Source: an uncultured Candidatus Entotheonella sp.
Lineage (GTDB): Bacteria; Tectomicrobia; Entotheonellia; Entotheonellales; Entotheonellaceae
NCBI GenBank assembly: GCA_965217185.1
Contig: OZ244252.1
Location: 3,552,001-3,616,000, forward strand
Reading direction: 5' to 3'
Length of the DNA stretch: 64,000 bases
Part shown: positions 35,377 through 44,722 of the stretch, piece by piece
Numbering within the stretch: the stretch's first letter is position 1
How the letters are laid out: each line of letters opens with the position of its first letter
Translations under genes and position numbers: made by a program
The notes under the pieces: generated by a model
Told to the model about the DNA's origin: nothing
Databases searched by the model: none
Seen by the model: only the letters and a program-made list of their open reading frames with translations

Positions 35377-35515
35377 CGGCTCGGCGAAAACTTCTCTTGG
35401 TGTTCCCGGAGCGGCGGTGCTAGGATGCGCTACCTTTTAACAAAGCCTTAACAGGCGTTCTGTGTCATGCGCGGAGACCGAGACATGAGCTAGGCATCCT
35501 GGGGGAGACGGCGAG

Positions 35516-37495
35516 ATGAGTGCTGCTGTGGTGTGGTTATTCGTGTTTGTGCTCCTATATTGGGCCTATTGCATCTACTGGGGCGTGAAGGGAGCCCGGA
35601 CGGCACGGACGGCTTCGGACTACTTCATCGCCGGGCGCTCGATTCCCCTGTGGGTGTTTGTGCTCGCCGCCACCGCCACGTCGTTTTCGGGCTGGACTTT
35701 CGTGGGCCACCCCGGTCTCGTTTACCGCGACGGTTTCCAATACGCCTACGCCTCGTTCTACGCCATTACCATCCCCTTCACCGGCCTGATCTTCCTGAAA
35801 CGCCAATGGATGCTCGGCAAGCGCTTCGGCTACGTGACGCCGGGCGAAATGTACGCCGACTACTTCCGCTCCGACCTGATGCGCATCCTCACCGTGCTGG
35901 TGGCCCTGATCTTTTCCGTGCCCTACCTCGGGGTGCAGTTGCGGGCCTCCGGCTTCCTGTTCAACGTCCTCACCGACGGTCTGTTTCCCGTCTGGCTCGG
36001 CATGTGGCTGCTGTCGCTGGTGGTCATCATCTACGTCGCCTCGGGCGGCCTGCGGGCGGTGGCCTACGTGGATACGGTGCAGTGCGTCCTGCTGGCGGTG
36101 GGCATCGTAGCCGTCGGGTTGATCACCTTGAGCTACGTCGGCGGTTTCGGCGCCCTGAACGAGGGCATCGCCAAGCTGGCGGAAATCGACACCAAGCGAA
36201 CACCGGCGGGATACAGTCACTACATCGCCATACCAGGGGTCATCCAGTTCGTGAAGTCGGGGCCGAGCGCCGTCGGCGGCGCCTGGACGGGCATCATGAT
36301 TCTCACCTACATGTTCGCGCTCATGGGCATTCAGTCGGCGCCGGCGTTCTCGATGTGGTCGTTTTCCAACCGTAACCCACGCCCCTTCGCACCGCAGCAG
36401 GTGTGGGCGTCGTCGTTCGGCATCGGCTTCATTCTGATCGTTTTCACGGCCATCCAGGGCATGGGGGCGCACCTGCTGGGCGCCGACAAGGCGATGCTGG
36501 ATGCCGCGCAGGCGGCACAGGCCGCGGGACAACCCGCCGGGGTCGTCAACGACGTGCTGCAACTGGGCCGCGACATCATGGAAATGCCGGGCAAGCAGGG
36601 CTTCCTGGTGCCGGTGCTCATTCGCCTCATGAGCGACGTGGCGCCGTGGCTCGTCGGCCTGCTGGCGGTGTGCGCCCTGGCGGCGATGCAGTCGACCGGC
36701 GCGGCGTATATGTCAACCGCGGCCGGCATGCTGACCCGCGACTTGTACAAGCGTTTCATCAACCCTGACGCGTCGCACGAGTCGCAGAAATTGCTCGGGC
36801 GCGTTGGCGTGGTGGTGATTACGATTCTGGCCCTGGTGGTGGCGACCACGTCGCGAGATGCCCTGGTGCTGCTCGGCGGCTTGGCGGTGGCGTACGGCTT
36901 CCAGATGTGGCCGGCGCTGATCGCCACCTGCTGGTGGCCGTGGCTGACGCGGCAGGGCGTCACGGTCGGGCTCGTCGCCGGCATCGTCGCGGTGACGCTC
37001 ACCGAGTCGATCGGCGAGCAGTGGTTCGGCATCACCGCCTGGGGCCGGTGGCCGCTGACCATCCACTCGGCGGGCTGGGGCCTGATCTTCAACCTCGGCC
37101 TGGCCATCCTGATCTCGTTTGCCACGCAAAGCCGTGAGGGCACCGAGCATCGCACGCGCTTCCACGCCTTCCTGAAAGAACACGCCGGCCTGCCCGAGGC
37201 CAAGAAACCCCTGATCCCCTGGGCATGGGGCATCACGATTGCCTGGTTCTTTTTCGGCATCGGGCCGGGGGCCGTCATCGGCAACACGATTTTCGGCAAC
37301 CCGAACGACGCCGCCACGTGGGTGTTCGGCATGCCCTCCATCTGGGCCTGGCACATTTTGTGGTGGGCGTTGGGCGTCGGCATGATGTGGTTCCTGGCCT
37401 ACAAGATGCAGATGTCCACGGTGCCGGATCAGGAGGTCGTGGCGCTGGTGGAGGACATCGGCGACGTGAAGGTTCCAGAGGCCGCGTCGGATTAG
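35516..37495 (+). CDS. Sodium:solute symporter
   Basis: DYFIAGRS, ATSFSGWTFVG, GGLRAVAYVD, AAMQST; many transmembrane segments. Confidence 0.93.
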   Translation: MSAAVVWLFVFVLLYWAYCIYWGVKGARTARTASDYFIAGRSIPLWVFVLAATATSFSGWTFVGHPGLVYRDGFQYAYASFYAITIPFTGLIFLKRQWMLGKRFGYVTPGEMYADYFRSDLMRILTVLVALIFSVPYLGVQLRASGFLFNVLTDGLFPVWLGMWLLSLVVIIYVASGGLRAVAYVDTVQCVLLAVGIVAVGLITLSYVGGFGALNEGIAKLAEIDTKRTPAGYSHYIAIPGVIQFVKSGPSAVGGAWTGIMILTYMFALMGIQSAPAFSMWSFSNRNPRPFAPQQVWASSFGIGFILIVFTAIQGMGAHLLGADKAMLDAAQAAQAAGQPAGVVNDVLQLGRDIMEMPGKQGFLVPVLIRLMSDVAPWLVGLLAVCALAAMQSTGAAYMSTAAGMLTRDLYKRFINPDASHESQKLLGRVGVVVITILALVVATTSRDALVLLGGLAVAYGFQMWPALIATCWWPWLTRQGVTVGLVAGIVAVTLTESIGEQWFGITAWGRWPLTIHSAGWGLIFNLGLAILISFATQSREGTEHRTRFHAFLKEHAGLPEAKKPLIPWAWGITIAWFFFGIGPGAVIGNTIFGNPNDAATWVFGMPSIWAWHILWWALGVGMMWFLAYKMQMSTVPDQEVVALVEDIGDVKVPEAASD

Positions 37496-37496
37496 T

Positions 37497-37636
37497 CCCC
37501 CTCACCCTAACCCCCGGATCGAGTCCGGGGCAGGCTCTCTTCCGCTAGGGAAGAGGGAGCAACGCCCTTTCGTGAGGGAAGGTTGATCCCCCCTGGTTCC
37601 CTCCCCCTCCGCGGGGGAGGGCTAGGGAGAGGGGGG
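37497..37636. repeat. Inverted pair of CCCCTCACCC-type REP palindromes, first copy with a nested CCCCGGATCGAGTCCGGGG hairpin
   Basis: cccctcaccctaacc[cccggatcgagtccggggcagg]ctctcttcc..gggaagaggg, then ccctcccctccgcgggggagggctagggagagggg. Confidence 0.75.
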
Positions 37637-37667
37637 TTGTGAAGCGGCCGGTGAGGGATGTCGCATC

Positions 37668-37913
37668 ATGGCATCGTGGGTCATTCCCTGGTATGGCTTT
37701 TCGTCCTTTCTTCTGGGCTTGCTGCTCTTCTGGCCCCTCCGCAAACTTATCTTGGCCCTCAGCATCAACCGCCACCAGCGCCGCATTCAGGCCGACATCG
37801 ACGACGCGGACCGGGAGCGGCTGCGGCAGCGGGTCACCTGGGTCGCCGCCTTTATCGCCATGACGTTTGCTTTCCTATACAACCACTTCATCTTCTTCAG
37901 GTCGGTCGACTGA
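37668..37913 (+). CDS. Small two-TM membrane protein
   Basis: Two hydrophobic segments around a basic linker; stop 1 nt before the TPR gene start. Confidence 0.7.
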   Translation: MASWVIPWYGFSSFLLGLLLFWPLRKLILALSINRHQRRIQADIDDADRERLRQRVTWVAAFIAMTFAFLYNHFIFFRSVD

Positions 37914-37914
37914 C

Positions 37915-38499
37915 ATGCACGCGCTCTACCGCAGGGAGAACCGCGCTGGCGTCCTGGCGCTGCTGCTGTTCGTGGGCGTCGTTGCCTTCGTGCTGTATTG
38001 GCGCACCGCGGTGGAGGACACGCCGGGCGACTATCACGTCAAGACGGGTAACTATCGCCTGCAGGACGCGCAGTACGACCGGGCCATCGTCGAATTCGAG
38101 TTCGCCCTGGAAGCGAATGCCGGCCACCCGCTGGCCTACCTCGGCATCGCCCTGGCCCTGATGCACCAGAAACACTACGAGGCTTCCCTGGATGCCTTCG
38201 ACCGCGCCCTGGCGCTCGATGGTTCCCTGGCCGTGGCCTATGCCGACCGGGGCGTTTTGTATGACCGCATGGGTCAGCACGACTTGGCCCTGCAGGACTA
38301 CCGCCGCGCCCTGGCCCTCGACCCCAAGCTGGCCGACGGCCCCGGCTGGCTGTGGCGCTTCCTCCGCAACATGCCCGAACGCCCCCCCACCATCGCCGAC
38401 CGCGCCGCCTACCTCGAAGCCGAACTGCGCAAGGCCCCTGAAGACCGCGTCCTGAGCCTGCCGGAGATCGACGCGCAGCAGCGCATGTACAACTATTGA
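37915..38499 (+). CDS. Membrane-anchored TPR protein
   Basis: N-terminal TM; three TPR repeats (AY..G.A..A...F.RAL.LD). Confidence 0.85.
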   Translation: MHALYRRENRAGVLALLLFVGVVAFVLYWRTAVEDTPGDYHVKTGNYRLQDAQYDRAIVEFEFALEANAGHPLAYLGIALALMHQKHYEASLDAFDRALALDGSLAVAYADRGVLYDRMGQHDLALQDYRRALALDPKLADGPGWLWRFLRNMPERPPTIADRAAYLEAELRKAPEDRVLSLPEIDAQQRMYNY

Positions 38500-38603
38500 T
38501 ACGCTGCACGCCGGTGCTTGAGAAAGCACCTTGGCGTGCTATGCTTCACGCCCGCGGGGTTCGGATGACGGTTCGACGGGTTGTGCAACGGCCCGCATTC
38601 CTG

Positions 38604-38642
38604 CTCCCTCTCCCCTGGCGGGAGAGGGTTGGGGTGAGGGGG
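38604..38642 (-). repeat. CCCCTCACCC-type REP
   Basis: ctccctctcccctggcgggagagggttggggtgagggg. Confidence 0.75.
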
Positions 38643-38696
38643 CAAGTCCCGGATTGCAAGCCGTTTTGATCCGCAAGTGTTTTGGCGTCATCGGAA

Positions 38697-38729
38697 TGTC
38701 GGGTTACGCCTTTGGCTAACCCGACCTAC
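38697..38729 (-). repeat. GTAG-family REP
   Basis: Reverse complement GTAGGTCGGGTTAGCCAAAGGCGTAACCCGACA. Confidence 0.85.
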
Positions 38730-38759
38730 ATACTGCATAAAAACGGACAGGGGGATGTC

Positions 38760-39500
38760 ATGAGTTCAGACACGGATGTGAAGGCATTGGTGCGCGAGCG
38801 CTACGCCGAGGTGGCGAAGGCCGCGGGTGGCTGCTGTGCTGACGACGTCTGCGGCACGCCCACGCAGCTTTACGACGACGAGCAGGTCGAAGGGCTGCCG
38901 AGCGAGGCGCTGATGGCGTCGGCGGGCTGCGGCAATCCGACCGCCATCGACGACCTCAAACCCGGCGACACGGTGGTGGACTTCGGCAGCGGCGGCGGTA
39001 TCGATTGTTTCATTGCGGCCAAGGCGGTGGGGGAGCAGGGTCACGTCATCGGCGTGGACATGACGCCCGACATGGTAGACCTCGCGCGCCGTAACGCGGC
39101 AAGCCTCGGCATGACGAACGTGACGTTTCACCTCACCGAGATGGAAAGCACGCCCATCGACGGCGCCTCGGTGGACGTGATCATTTCGAACTGCGTCATC
39201 AACTTGGCTCCGGACAAGGACGCAGTGTTCCGTGAGGCCTACCGTATCCTGAAGCCGGGGGGCCGGATGTTCATCTCGGACATGCTGCTCACGGCGCCGC
39301 TGCCGGCCCACGCGACTGCCGACGCGCGCAACTGGGTGGCCTGCCTGTCGGGCGCCGAGCCGCAGGAGGTCTATCTCGGCAGGATGCGGCAGGCCGGCTT
39401 TGAGCGCATGGAGATCGTGGACGACAGGCCCTGGCAGGGCGAGCAGGAATGGGCGTCGCGCGTCCACAGCATGAACATCAAGGCGTACAAGCCGGCATAA
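38760..39500 (+). CDS. arsM: Arsenite methyltransferase
   Basis: [42 protein letters not shown]. Confidence 0.88.
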   Translation: MSSDTDVKALVRERYAEVAKAAGGCCADDVCGTPTQLYDDEQVEGLPSEALMASAGCGNPTAIDDLKPGDTVVDFGSGGGIDCFIAAKAVGEQGHVIGVDMTPDMVDLARRNAASLGMTNVTFHLTEMESTPIDGASVDVIISNCVINLAPDKDAVFREAYRILKPGGRMFISDMLLTAPLPAHATADARNWVACLSGAEPQEVYLGRMRQAGFERMEIVDDRPWQGEQEWASRVHSMNIKAYKPA

Positions 39501-39561
39501 GCATCCAGCCCGCCGGTGCTGTGTTCCCGTCGGCAAGAGCGTTTTCGGACTCCTTGTATCC

Positions 39562-39592
39562 GTAGGTCGGATTAGCGAAGCGTAATCCGACA
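39562..39592 (+). repeat. GTAG-family REP
   Basis: GTAGGTCGGATTAGCGAAGCGTAATCCGACA. Confidence 0.88.
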
Positions 39593-39613
39593 GTCCGCAG
39601 CGCTAACGGCGTA

Positions 39614-39808
39614 ATGGAGGGACGCATGCGTAAGACCCATGACCGTGAGGAACACGCGGTATTGCTTCAGGAACTCGAAGAACTCGAATCCCTCAAAGCC
39701 TACGATGCGGCCAAGTCGTCCCATGACCAAGCCATCCCGCTCGACCAAGCCCTGGCAGAAATTGAAGAGCATCGGTCAAGAATTTTCCCAACTCAAAGGG
39801 AGCACTAA
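39614..39808 (+). pseudogene. Probable antitoxin C-terminal remnant, no cognate toxin
   Basis: LLQELEELESLKAYDAAK..IPLDQALAEIE resembles acidic tails of RelE-associated antitoxins. Confidence 0.45.
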
Positions 39809-39809
39809 C

Positions 39810-40583
39810 GTGTCAGACACCATCCTGTACGAAAAAGAAAGCCACGTCGTCACCATCACCTATAACCGGCCCGAGCGGCTCAACGCCATCAATGGTCAGA
39901 TGCGCGAGGAACTGAACGCCGCCTGGCTGCGCTTCCGCGACGATACCGACGCCTGGGTGGCCATCCTGACCGGGGCGGGCCGGGCCTTCTGTGCCGGTGC
40001 CGACATCAAGGAAGGCGGCTCGGCAGGCACCTTCGCGGGCACGTATTGGGAAAAACCCACCATCAACTCGTTCGAGAGCGGCCTGGAACTGTTCAAGCCG
40101 ATCATCGCGGCGATCAACGGCCCGTGCCTCGGCTACGGTGTCACCGGCGTCTCGTTCTGCGATTTCGTCATCGCCTCGGAGCGCGCGACCTTTGGCTTCC
40201 CGGAGGTGCGCATCGGGGTGCCGACCATTGTGGGCGCAGTCCGCATGCCGGGCCGCATCGGCTGGACCAACGCCATGGAACTGCTGCTCATCGGCGAGTC
40301 CGTGGACGCCGCCCGTGCCAGGGAAATGGGGCTGGTGTGGAAGGTGGTGCCGCACGACGACCTGCTGAGCGAGGCGAAAACGCTGGCGGCCCGGCTCTGC
40401 CAATCGGCGCCGCTGGCCGTACGCGCCACCAAGGAAGTGGCCGTGCGTACCCGCAGCCTGCCGTGGATCGAGGCCGTACGCTTCGGCGAAACCATGCGGC
40501 TGGTGGCCGGTGAAACCGCCGATGCCAACGAAGGCAAACAGGCGTTCAGGGAGAAGCGCGCCCCGATTTGGCAGGGCAAGTAA
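39810..40583 (+). CDS. Enoyl-CoA hydratase/isomerase family protein
   Basis: NRPERLNA, AFCAGAD, KPIIAAING, FGFPEV, AFREKRAP; GGGAG RBS before GTG 39810. Confidence 0.93.
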   Translation: MSDTILYEKESHVVTITYNRPERLNAINGQMREELNAAWLRFRDDTDAWVAILTGAGRAFCAGADIKEGGSAGTFAGTYWEKPTINSFESGLELFKPIIAAINGPCLGYGVTGVSFCDFVIASERATFGFPEVRIGVPTIVGAVRMPGRIGWTNAMELLLIGESVDAARAREMGLVWKVVPHDDLLSEAKTLAARLCQSAPLAVRATKEVAVRTRSLPWIEAVRFGETMRLVAGETADANEGKQAFREKRAPIWQGK

Positions 40584-40660
40584 ACCGCTTTCGAAGAGCG
40601 CCGGCCCAGGAGAACAAGACTGGATGGGTTTCGGGCGCAACTGGAAAGAGAGGAGCAACA

Positions 40661-40828
40661 ATGGCCGTAGAGGATCAGCCGCCTTTGGCACAGCCGGCGA
40701 GTCCGAGGCCGGCGACGTCCAAGGAAATCATTCAGATTGCCGGCGCTGCAATCGCTCTCGTCGCGGTCATCATCGCCGGCATGCGCTTGGTTGTGTCGAT
40801 GACAAGTCGAGCCAGCGGCAGGATATAG
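40661..40828 (+). CDS. Small single-TM protein, probably 3'-truncated
   Basis: GAGGAG RBS; hydrophobic stretch; runs into the toxin remnant. Confidence 0.4.
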   Translation: MAVEDQPPLAQPASPRPATSKEIIQIAGAAIALVAVIIAGMRLVVSMTSRASGRI

Positions 40829-40860
40829 AACGCGCCCATCAAATAGCGAGTGAACTCTGA
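40801..40860 (+). pseudogene. 3' remnant of addiction-module killer (RelE-like) toxin
   Basis: DKSSQRQDIERAHQIASEL* matches the GGDKSTQxxDI C-terminus; stop overlaps the antidote ATG. Confidence 0.65.
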
Positions 40861-41921
40861 TGAGCAAAGAAACCTATACCCCTTGGGATAGCGCTGAGTT
40901 TCTTGGTGACGACGAGGTCGTCGTGGAATACCTGCGGGCGGCGTTGGAAGAAAACGACCCGGCATTTTTCGTGAAGGCCGTCGGCAACGTGGCCCGTGCC
41001 AAGGGCATGTCCCAGGTCGCCCAGGAAACCCAATTGGGCCGTCAAAACTTGTACAAGGCATTGTCAGGTGAGCGTAATCCGCGAATCGGCACGTTGATGA
41101 AGGTTCTTGACTCGCTTGGTGTTCAGCTCACCGTTGCACCGAGCCGATGTGAGGATGTCGAGAAAAGGCAGGTCCATGCCATGACTTTTAGATTTTGTGG
41201 TGACGATCCTGAACTGTTACGTAGGCGCATAATCCGCTTAGCAGATGATTTATCGCAACAGACAGGTTTGAAGAGCATGGAGGATACGTTTCTGGGGGGT
41301 AGAATGCTATACCGCCCGGGCAGGATTGCTGAGAGGGTCGGCATCTGGGTTCCTCACGAAGAGCCCCGCTGGAGACTCCGAGTGAATCTGTGGCCAGCGA
41401 GCACCGCCGGACAAGCTGACCGTTTCCGTAAAGACTGTTTCCTTAACATGTGCAGGCACGAAGAATTTCTGTCCTTGAACGAGCAAGGCTGGACGGTCGA
41501 GCCCAATCTCAATTTCTCTTCTTTAATGGGACAGAAATTTTTCTGGGCTGCAACCACTTGTGGAACTCGTGCCTACCTGAATTACTTCTTCTCAGGTAGA
41601 CCGTACGGGAATTACCGCTATGAGACACCGTATCCGAGCAAAAGATTATTATTACCCTTGATCGAGCAGTGGGAGCGCAAAGGCATCCTTGGTCCAGAGG
41701 ACCGAAATAAAATCGAACGCACACGTGGAGACAGAACCGTCATCAATGTCAATCCGGAGTTTTCGGTCTATCGGGACTGGTGTCCCGATGACGTGATCGA
41801 GTTGGATGAGCAGGGATGCCTTGAAGCACACATCATTGAGGCACTTGCCATTCCCCTTGCAACATGGGGGGAAGAGTTGGAACGCCCTTGTAGCGCGGCA
41901 GCCTCGGCAAAGCCGACATAA
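40860..41921 (+). CDS. Addiction-module antidote HTH (first ~95 aa) in frame with a ~250 aa unknown domain
   Basis: PWDSAEFL..YLRAALE..VARAKGMSQVA..LGRQNLYKALS..GNPR-like; lower-GC extension with its own ATG at 41181. Confidence 0.7.
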   Translation: MSKETYTPWDSAEFLGDDEVVVEYLRAALEENDPAFFVKAVGNVARAKGMSQVAQETQLGRQNLYKALSGERNPRIGTLMKVLDSLGVQLTVAPSRCEDVEKRQVHAMTFRFCGDDPELLRRRIIRLADDLSQQTGLKSMEDTFLGGRMLYRPGRIAERVGIWVPHEEPRWRLRVNLWPASTAGQADRFRKDCFLNMCRHEEFLSLNEQGWTVEPNLNFSSLMGQKFFWAATTCGTRAYLNYFFSGRPYGNYRYETPYPSKRLLLPLIEQWERKGILGPEDRNKIERTRGDRTVINVNPEFSVYRDWCPDDVIELDEQGCLEAHIIEALAIPLATWGEELERPCSAAASAKPT

Positions 41922-41946
41922 CACGGGGTAAGAGGTCTTGAGCAAG

Positions 41947-42174
41947 ATGGGCTTAGCAGAACGATGGTACATGCAGGACCGCGCCCGCCTTCGTCGCGCG
42001 TACCGGGAACACCGGCCACGGGAACAGCCGTCGAATATGATGTTGGTTGTGGACGACACCAGCATGCTCAGACTAGGGCGCTGGCTGACGGTGTTCGGCT
42101 TGGCGGTTGAGTCGCTGCTGGTTGGCGCGTCCGCCCTTCTCGCGATCTTCTGGTTCTGGCACGTGCCCCATTAA
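41947..42174 (+). CDS. Small hypothetical membrane protein
   Basis: MGLAERWYM start motif; C-terminal hydrophobic helix; terminator follows. Confidence 0.45.
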   Translation: MGLAERWYMQDRARLRRAYREHRPREQPSNMMLVVDDTSMLRLGRWLTVFGLAVESLLVGASALLAIFWFWHVPH

Positions 42175-42209
42175 CCCACTTCGGTTACCGATCCCTCTTT
42201 GAGCAACAG

Positions 42210-42249
42210 AAGCCCTGCGCCAAGTACAAATCCCGGCGCAGGGTTTTTT
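42210..42249 (+). terminator. Intrinsic terminator
   Basis: AGCCCTGCGCC..GGCGCAGGGTT stem followed by a T run. Confidence 0.7.
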
Positions 42250-42290
42250 GCTTAAACCACGAACGAACCAAGGCACTTTCGGACTATGCT

Positions 42291-42321
42291 GTAGGTCGGG
42301 TTAGCCAAGCGTAATCCGACA
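42291..42321 (+). repeat. GTAG-family REP
   Basis: GTAGGTCGGGTTAGCCAAGCGTAATCCGACA. Confidence 0.88.
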
Positions 42322-42341
42322 TTCCCCAGCGCTGTCCCCCG

Positions 42342-43493
42342 TCAACACCCCACCAACGTCTCCGCCATCAGCATATCGACGACGCGCTTCAGCGCGTCGT
42401 GGTCATCGGCGCCCTCGGCAACGGCCTTGTGGAACGTGTCCAACTGCCAGTGGGCGCTGGTGCCGCGCGCCACGATGGTGCGGGCGTGCTCGACTTCATC
42501 CACGCAGCCGAAATGCTCGGCGTCCTCGCGAACGAACTCGATGATCTCGTCGATAAGATCGGGGTACGGCACCACCTCGCCGCGCCCGAAGTCGATCAGC
42601 CCCTCATCCATGCCAAAGCGGTGCGCGCGCCAGCGGTTCTCCTCGATGAGCAGCCGCGGGTAGCGCCGCCAGCGCTGGTTGCTGCGTCGCAGGCGGTACA
42701 GCAGCCGCAGCCAGCAGCGATACAACGCCGCGATGCAAACCGCGTCCTCAACGCGGGTGCACAGGTCCGGGATGCGCATTTCGAGGGTCGGGAAACGTCC
42801 GCTGGGCCGCACGTCCCACCACAACTCGCTGCTGTCGCGGATAATGCCGCAGCGCACCAGCACGCCGACGTGGCGCTGAAATTCGTCGTAGCTCTCGAAC
42901 AGCTCCGGCAGTCCGGTGCGCGGCAATTCGTCCCACACCGCCAGGCGGTACGACTTCAGCCCGGTATCGTGCCCCTGCCAGAACGGCGACGAGGTGCTGA
43001 GGGCGAGAAAGTGGGGCAGCACGTAGCTCACCTGGCCGATGAAATCGTTGCGCATCTCGTCGCCGTCGAGGCCCACGTGCACGTGCATGCCGCTGATCAG
43101 CAGGCGTCGCCCTACCTCCTGCATTTGCGCGGTGAGGCTGTCGTAGCGTTCCTTGCGGGTGCGCTGAATCTCCAGTGGCTGCGCGAATGGGTGGGTGGAG
43201 GCGGCGATGATCTCGAAGCCGTACTCGCGCACCACGTCCGAGACGCCGCGGCGCAGCCGTATGAGCTCGTCCCGCCCCTCCTGCACCGTGTTGCAGACGC
43301 GCGTGCCGATCTCGATCTGGCATTGCATGAGCTCGGTGGTGACCTGCCCGCCGAGCCGCTCGCCGCACTTCTGCATCATGTCCGGCGGCGCTTCGTGAAT
43401 GAGACCACGCGTCTCGCGGTCGACGACGAGATACTCCTCCTCAATGCCCATGGTGAACGGGAGGTCCGGGTAGGGTGCGGACTTGCTGCTCAT
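42342..43493 (-). CDS. ybdK: Carboxylate-amine ligase (YbdK/GCS2 family)
   Basis: GIEEEY, GMHVHVG, SSPFW, WWDVRP, TLEMRI.D, ENRWRA.RFG. Confidence 0.92.
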   Translation of the reverse strand: MSSKSAPYPDLPFTMGIEEEYLVVDRETRGLIHEAPPDMMQKCGERLGGQVTTELMQCQIEIGTRVCNTVQEGRDELIRLRRGVSDVVREYGFEIIAASTHPFAQPLEIQRTRKERYDSLTAQMQEVGRRLLISGMHVHVGLDGDEMRNDFIGQVSYVLPHFLALSTSSPFWQGHDTGLKSYRLAVWDELPRTGLPELFESYDEFQRHVGVLVRCGIIRDSSELWWDVRPSGRFPTLEMRIPDLCTRVEDAVCIAALYRCWLRLLYRLRRSNQRWRRYPRLLIEENRWRAHRFGMDEGLIDFGRGEVVPYPDLIDEIIEFVREDAEHFGCVDEVEHARTIVARGTSAHWQLDTFHKAVAEGADDHDALKRVVDMLMAETLVGC

Positions 43494-43509
43494 CCGATGC
43501 CTCCCTGGA

Positions 43510-44712
43510 TCACGCTGCCGGGACGCCGCTAGGCGCCGCGCTAACGATGTCTTGGGCGATCAGGGCGTCGATCTGCGCCGCGTCGTAGCCGTGCTCGCGG
43601 AGGACGGCCGCCGTGTGCTCGCCGAGGTGCGGGGCGTGCAGCGGGTTGTCGGGGTCGTAAGGGCCAACGCCGGCCGTATTGGCCAGGGGCATGGCACCGA
43701 CGTCGGGATGCTCGAACCACGTCAGCGCGCCGCTGTCGGCGGGATGCGGATGGGCCATGAAATCGCTGTACGTGTTGATGCGCTCGTGCAGCAGTCCCCC
43801 GGCCGCCAAGCGCTCGCACCAAGTGTCGGACGACTGCCGGGCGATGGCCTCGCGGACGGCCGGCTCCAGCGTGCCGCGCCGTTCCTCGCGCTGCACCACC
43901 GTCTTGTAGTCCGGGTGATCGCGGAACTCGGCCAGTCCGAGGATGTCGCACAGCACGGGGAAATTGTGGTCGTGCAGGCAGATGACGTTGATAAAGCCGT
44001 CGGTGGTGGCAAAAATGCCGGTCGGGTAGATGCCCAGCGGGCGCTCCGAGCCGAGCAGGTGCTCGCTGGCCAGGCTCATGTTGTAAAACGACGCCGCACC
44101 GCGCAGCAGGCTGTTGTCGATGTGGCACCCCTCACCCGCGCTCTGCCGTGCCCACAGCGCGGCCTGCATAGCTTGCAGGTTGTACAGCGACGTGGCCAGA
44201 TCGATGATCGGCACCCCGGCGCGGTGCGGGATGTTGTCGGGGCCGCGGTTGACCGACATGAAGCCCGAAAACGCCTGCAGCACGCCGTCGGTGGCGGGGC
44301 GCTCGCGCAGCGGCCCTTCTTGCCCAAAGCCGGACACCGACAGGTAGATGACGCGCGGGTTGAGGTCGGCAACGACCTTGTAGCCGAGCCCGAGGCGCTC
44401 GATGACGCCGGGCCGGAAGCCCTCCATGAAGATGTCCACCTCGGCAGCCAACTGGCGTACGATCGCCACGCCTTGGGTGGTTTTCAGGTCCACGACGATG
44501 CTGCGCTTGCCGAGGTTGGCGATGACGAACGAGGGCGTCATGTCGCCGAATGGCCCGTCCTTGCCCTTGGGGCGCATCCAGTCGCCGCGCCGCGGTTCGA
44601 CCTTGATCACGTCGGCCCCCTGCTGAGACAGCAGCGCCGAGGCGTAGGGGCCGGCAATGCCCTGGCTCAGGTCGAGCACCTTGACGCCGACGTATGGCTT
44701 GGCATAGCTCAC
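43510..44712 (-). CDS. Family III CoA transferase
   Basis: KVLDLSQGIAGP, GADVIKVEP, NLGKRS, SGFGQEGP, APHLGEHT; GTG start after AGGAGG. Confidence 0.92.
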   Translation of the reverse strand: MSYAKPYVGVKVLDLSQGIAGPYASALLSQQGADVIKVEPRRGDWMRPKGKDGPFGDMTPSFVIANLGKRSIVVDLKTTQGVAIVRQLAAEVDIFMEGFRPGVIERLGLGYKVVADLNPRVIYLSVSGFGQEGPLRERPATDGVLQAFSGFMSVNRGPDNIPHRAGVPIIDLATSLYNLQAMQAALWARQSAGEGCHIDNSLLRGAASFYNMSLASEHLLGSERPLGIYPTGIFATTDGFINVICLHDHNFPVLCDILGLAEFRDHPDYKTVVQREERRGTLEPAVREAIARQSSDTWCERLAAGGLLHERINTYSDFMAHPHPADSGALTWFEHPDVGAMPLANTAGVGPYDPDNPLHAPHLGEHTAAVLREHGYDAAQIDALIAQDIVSAAPSGVPAA

Positions 44713-44722
44713 GGGTTCCTCC

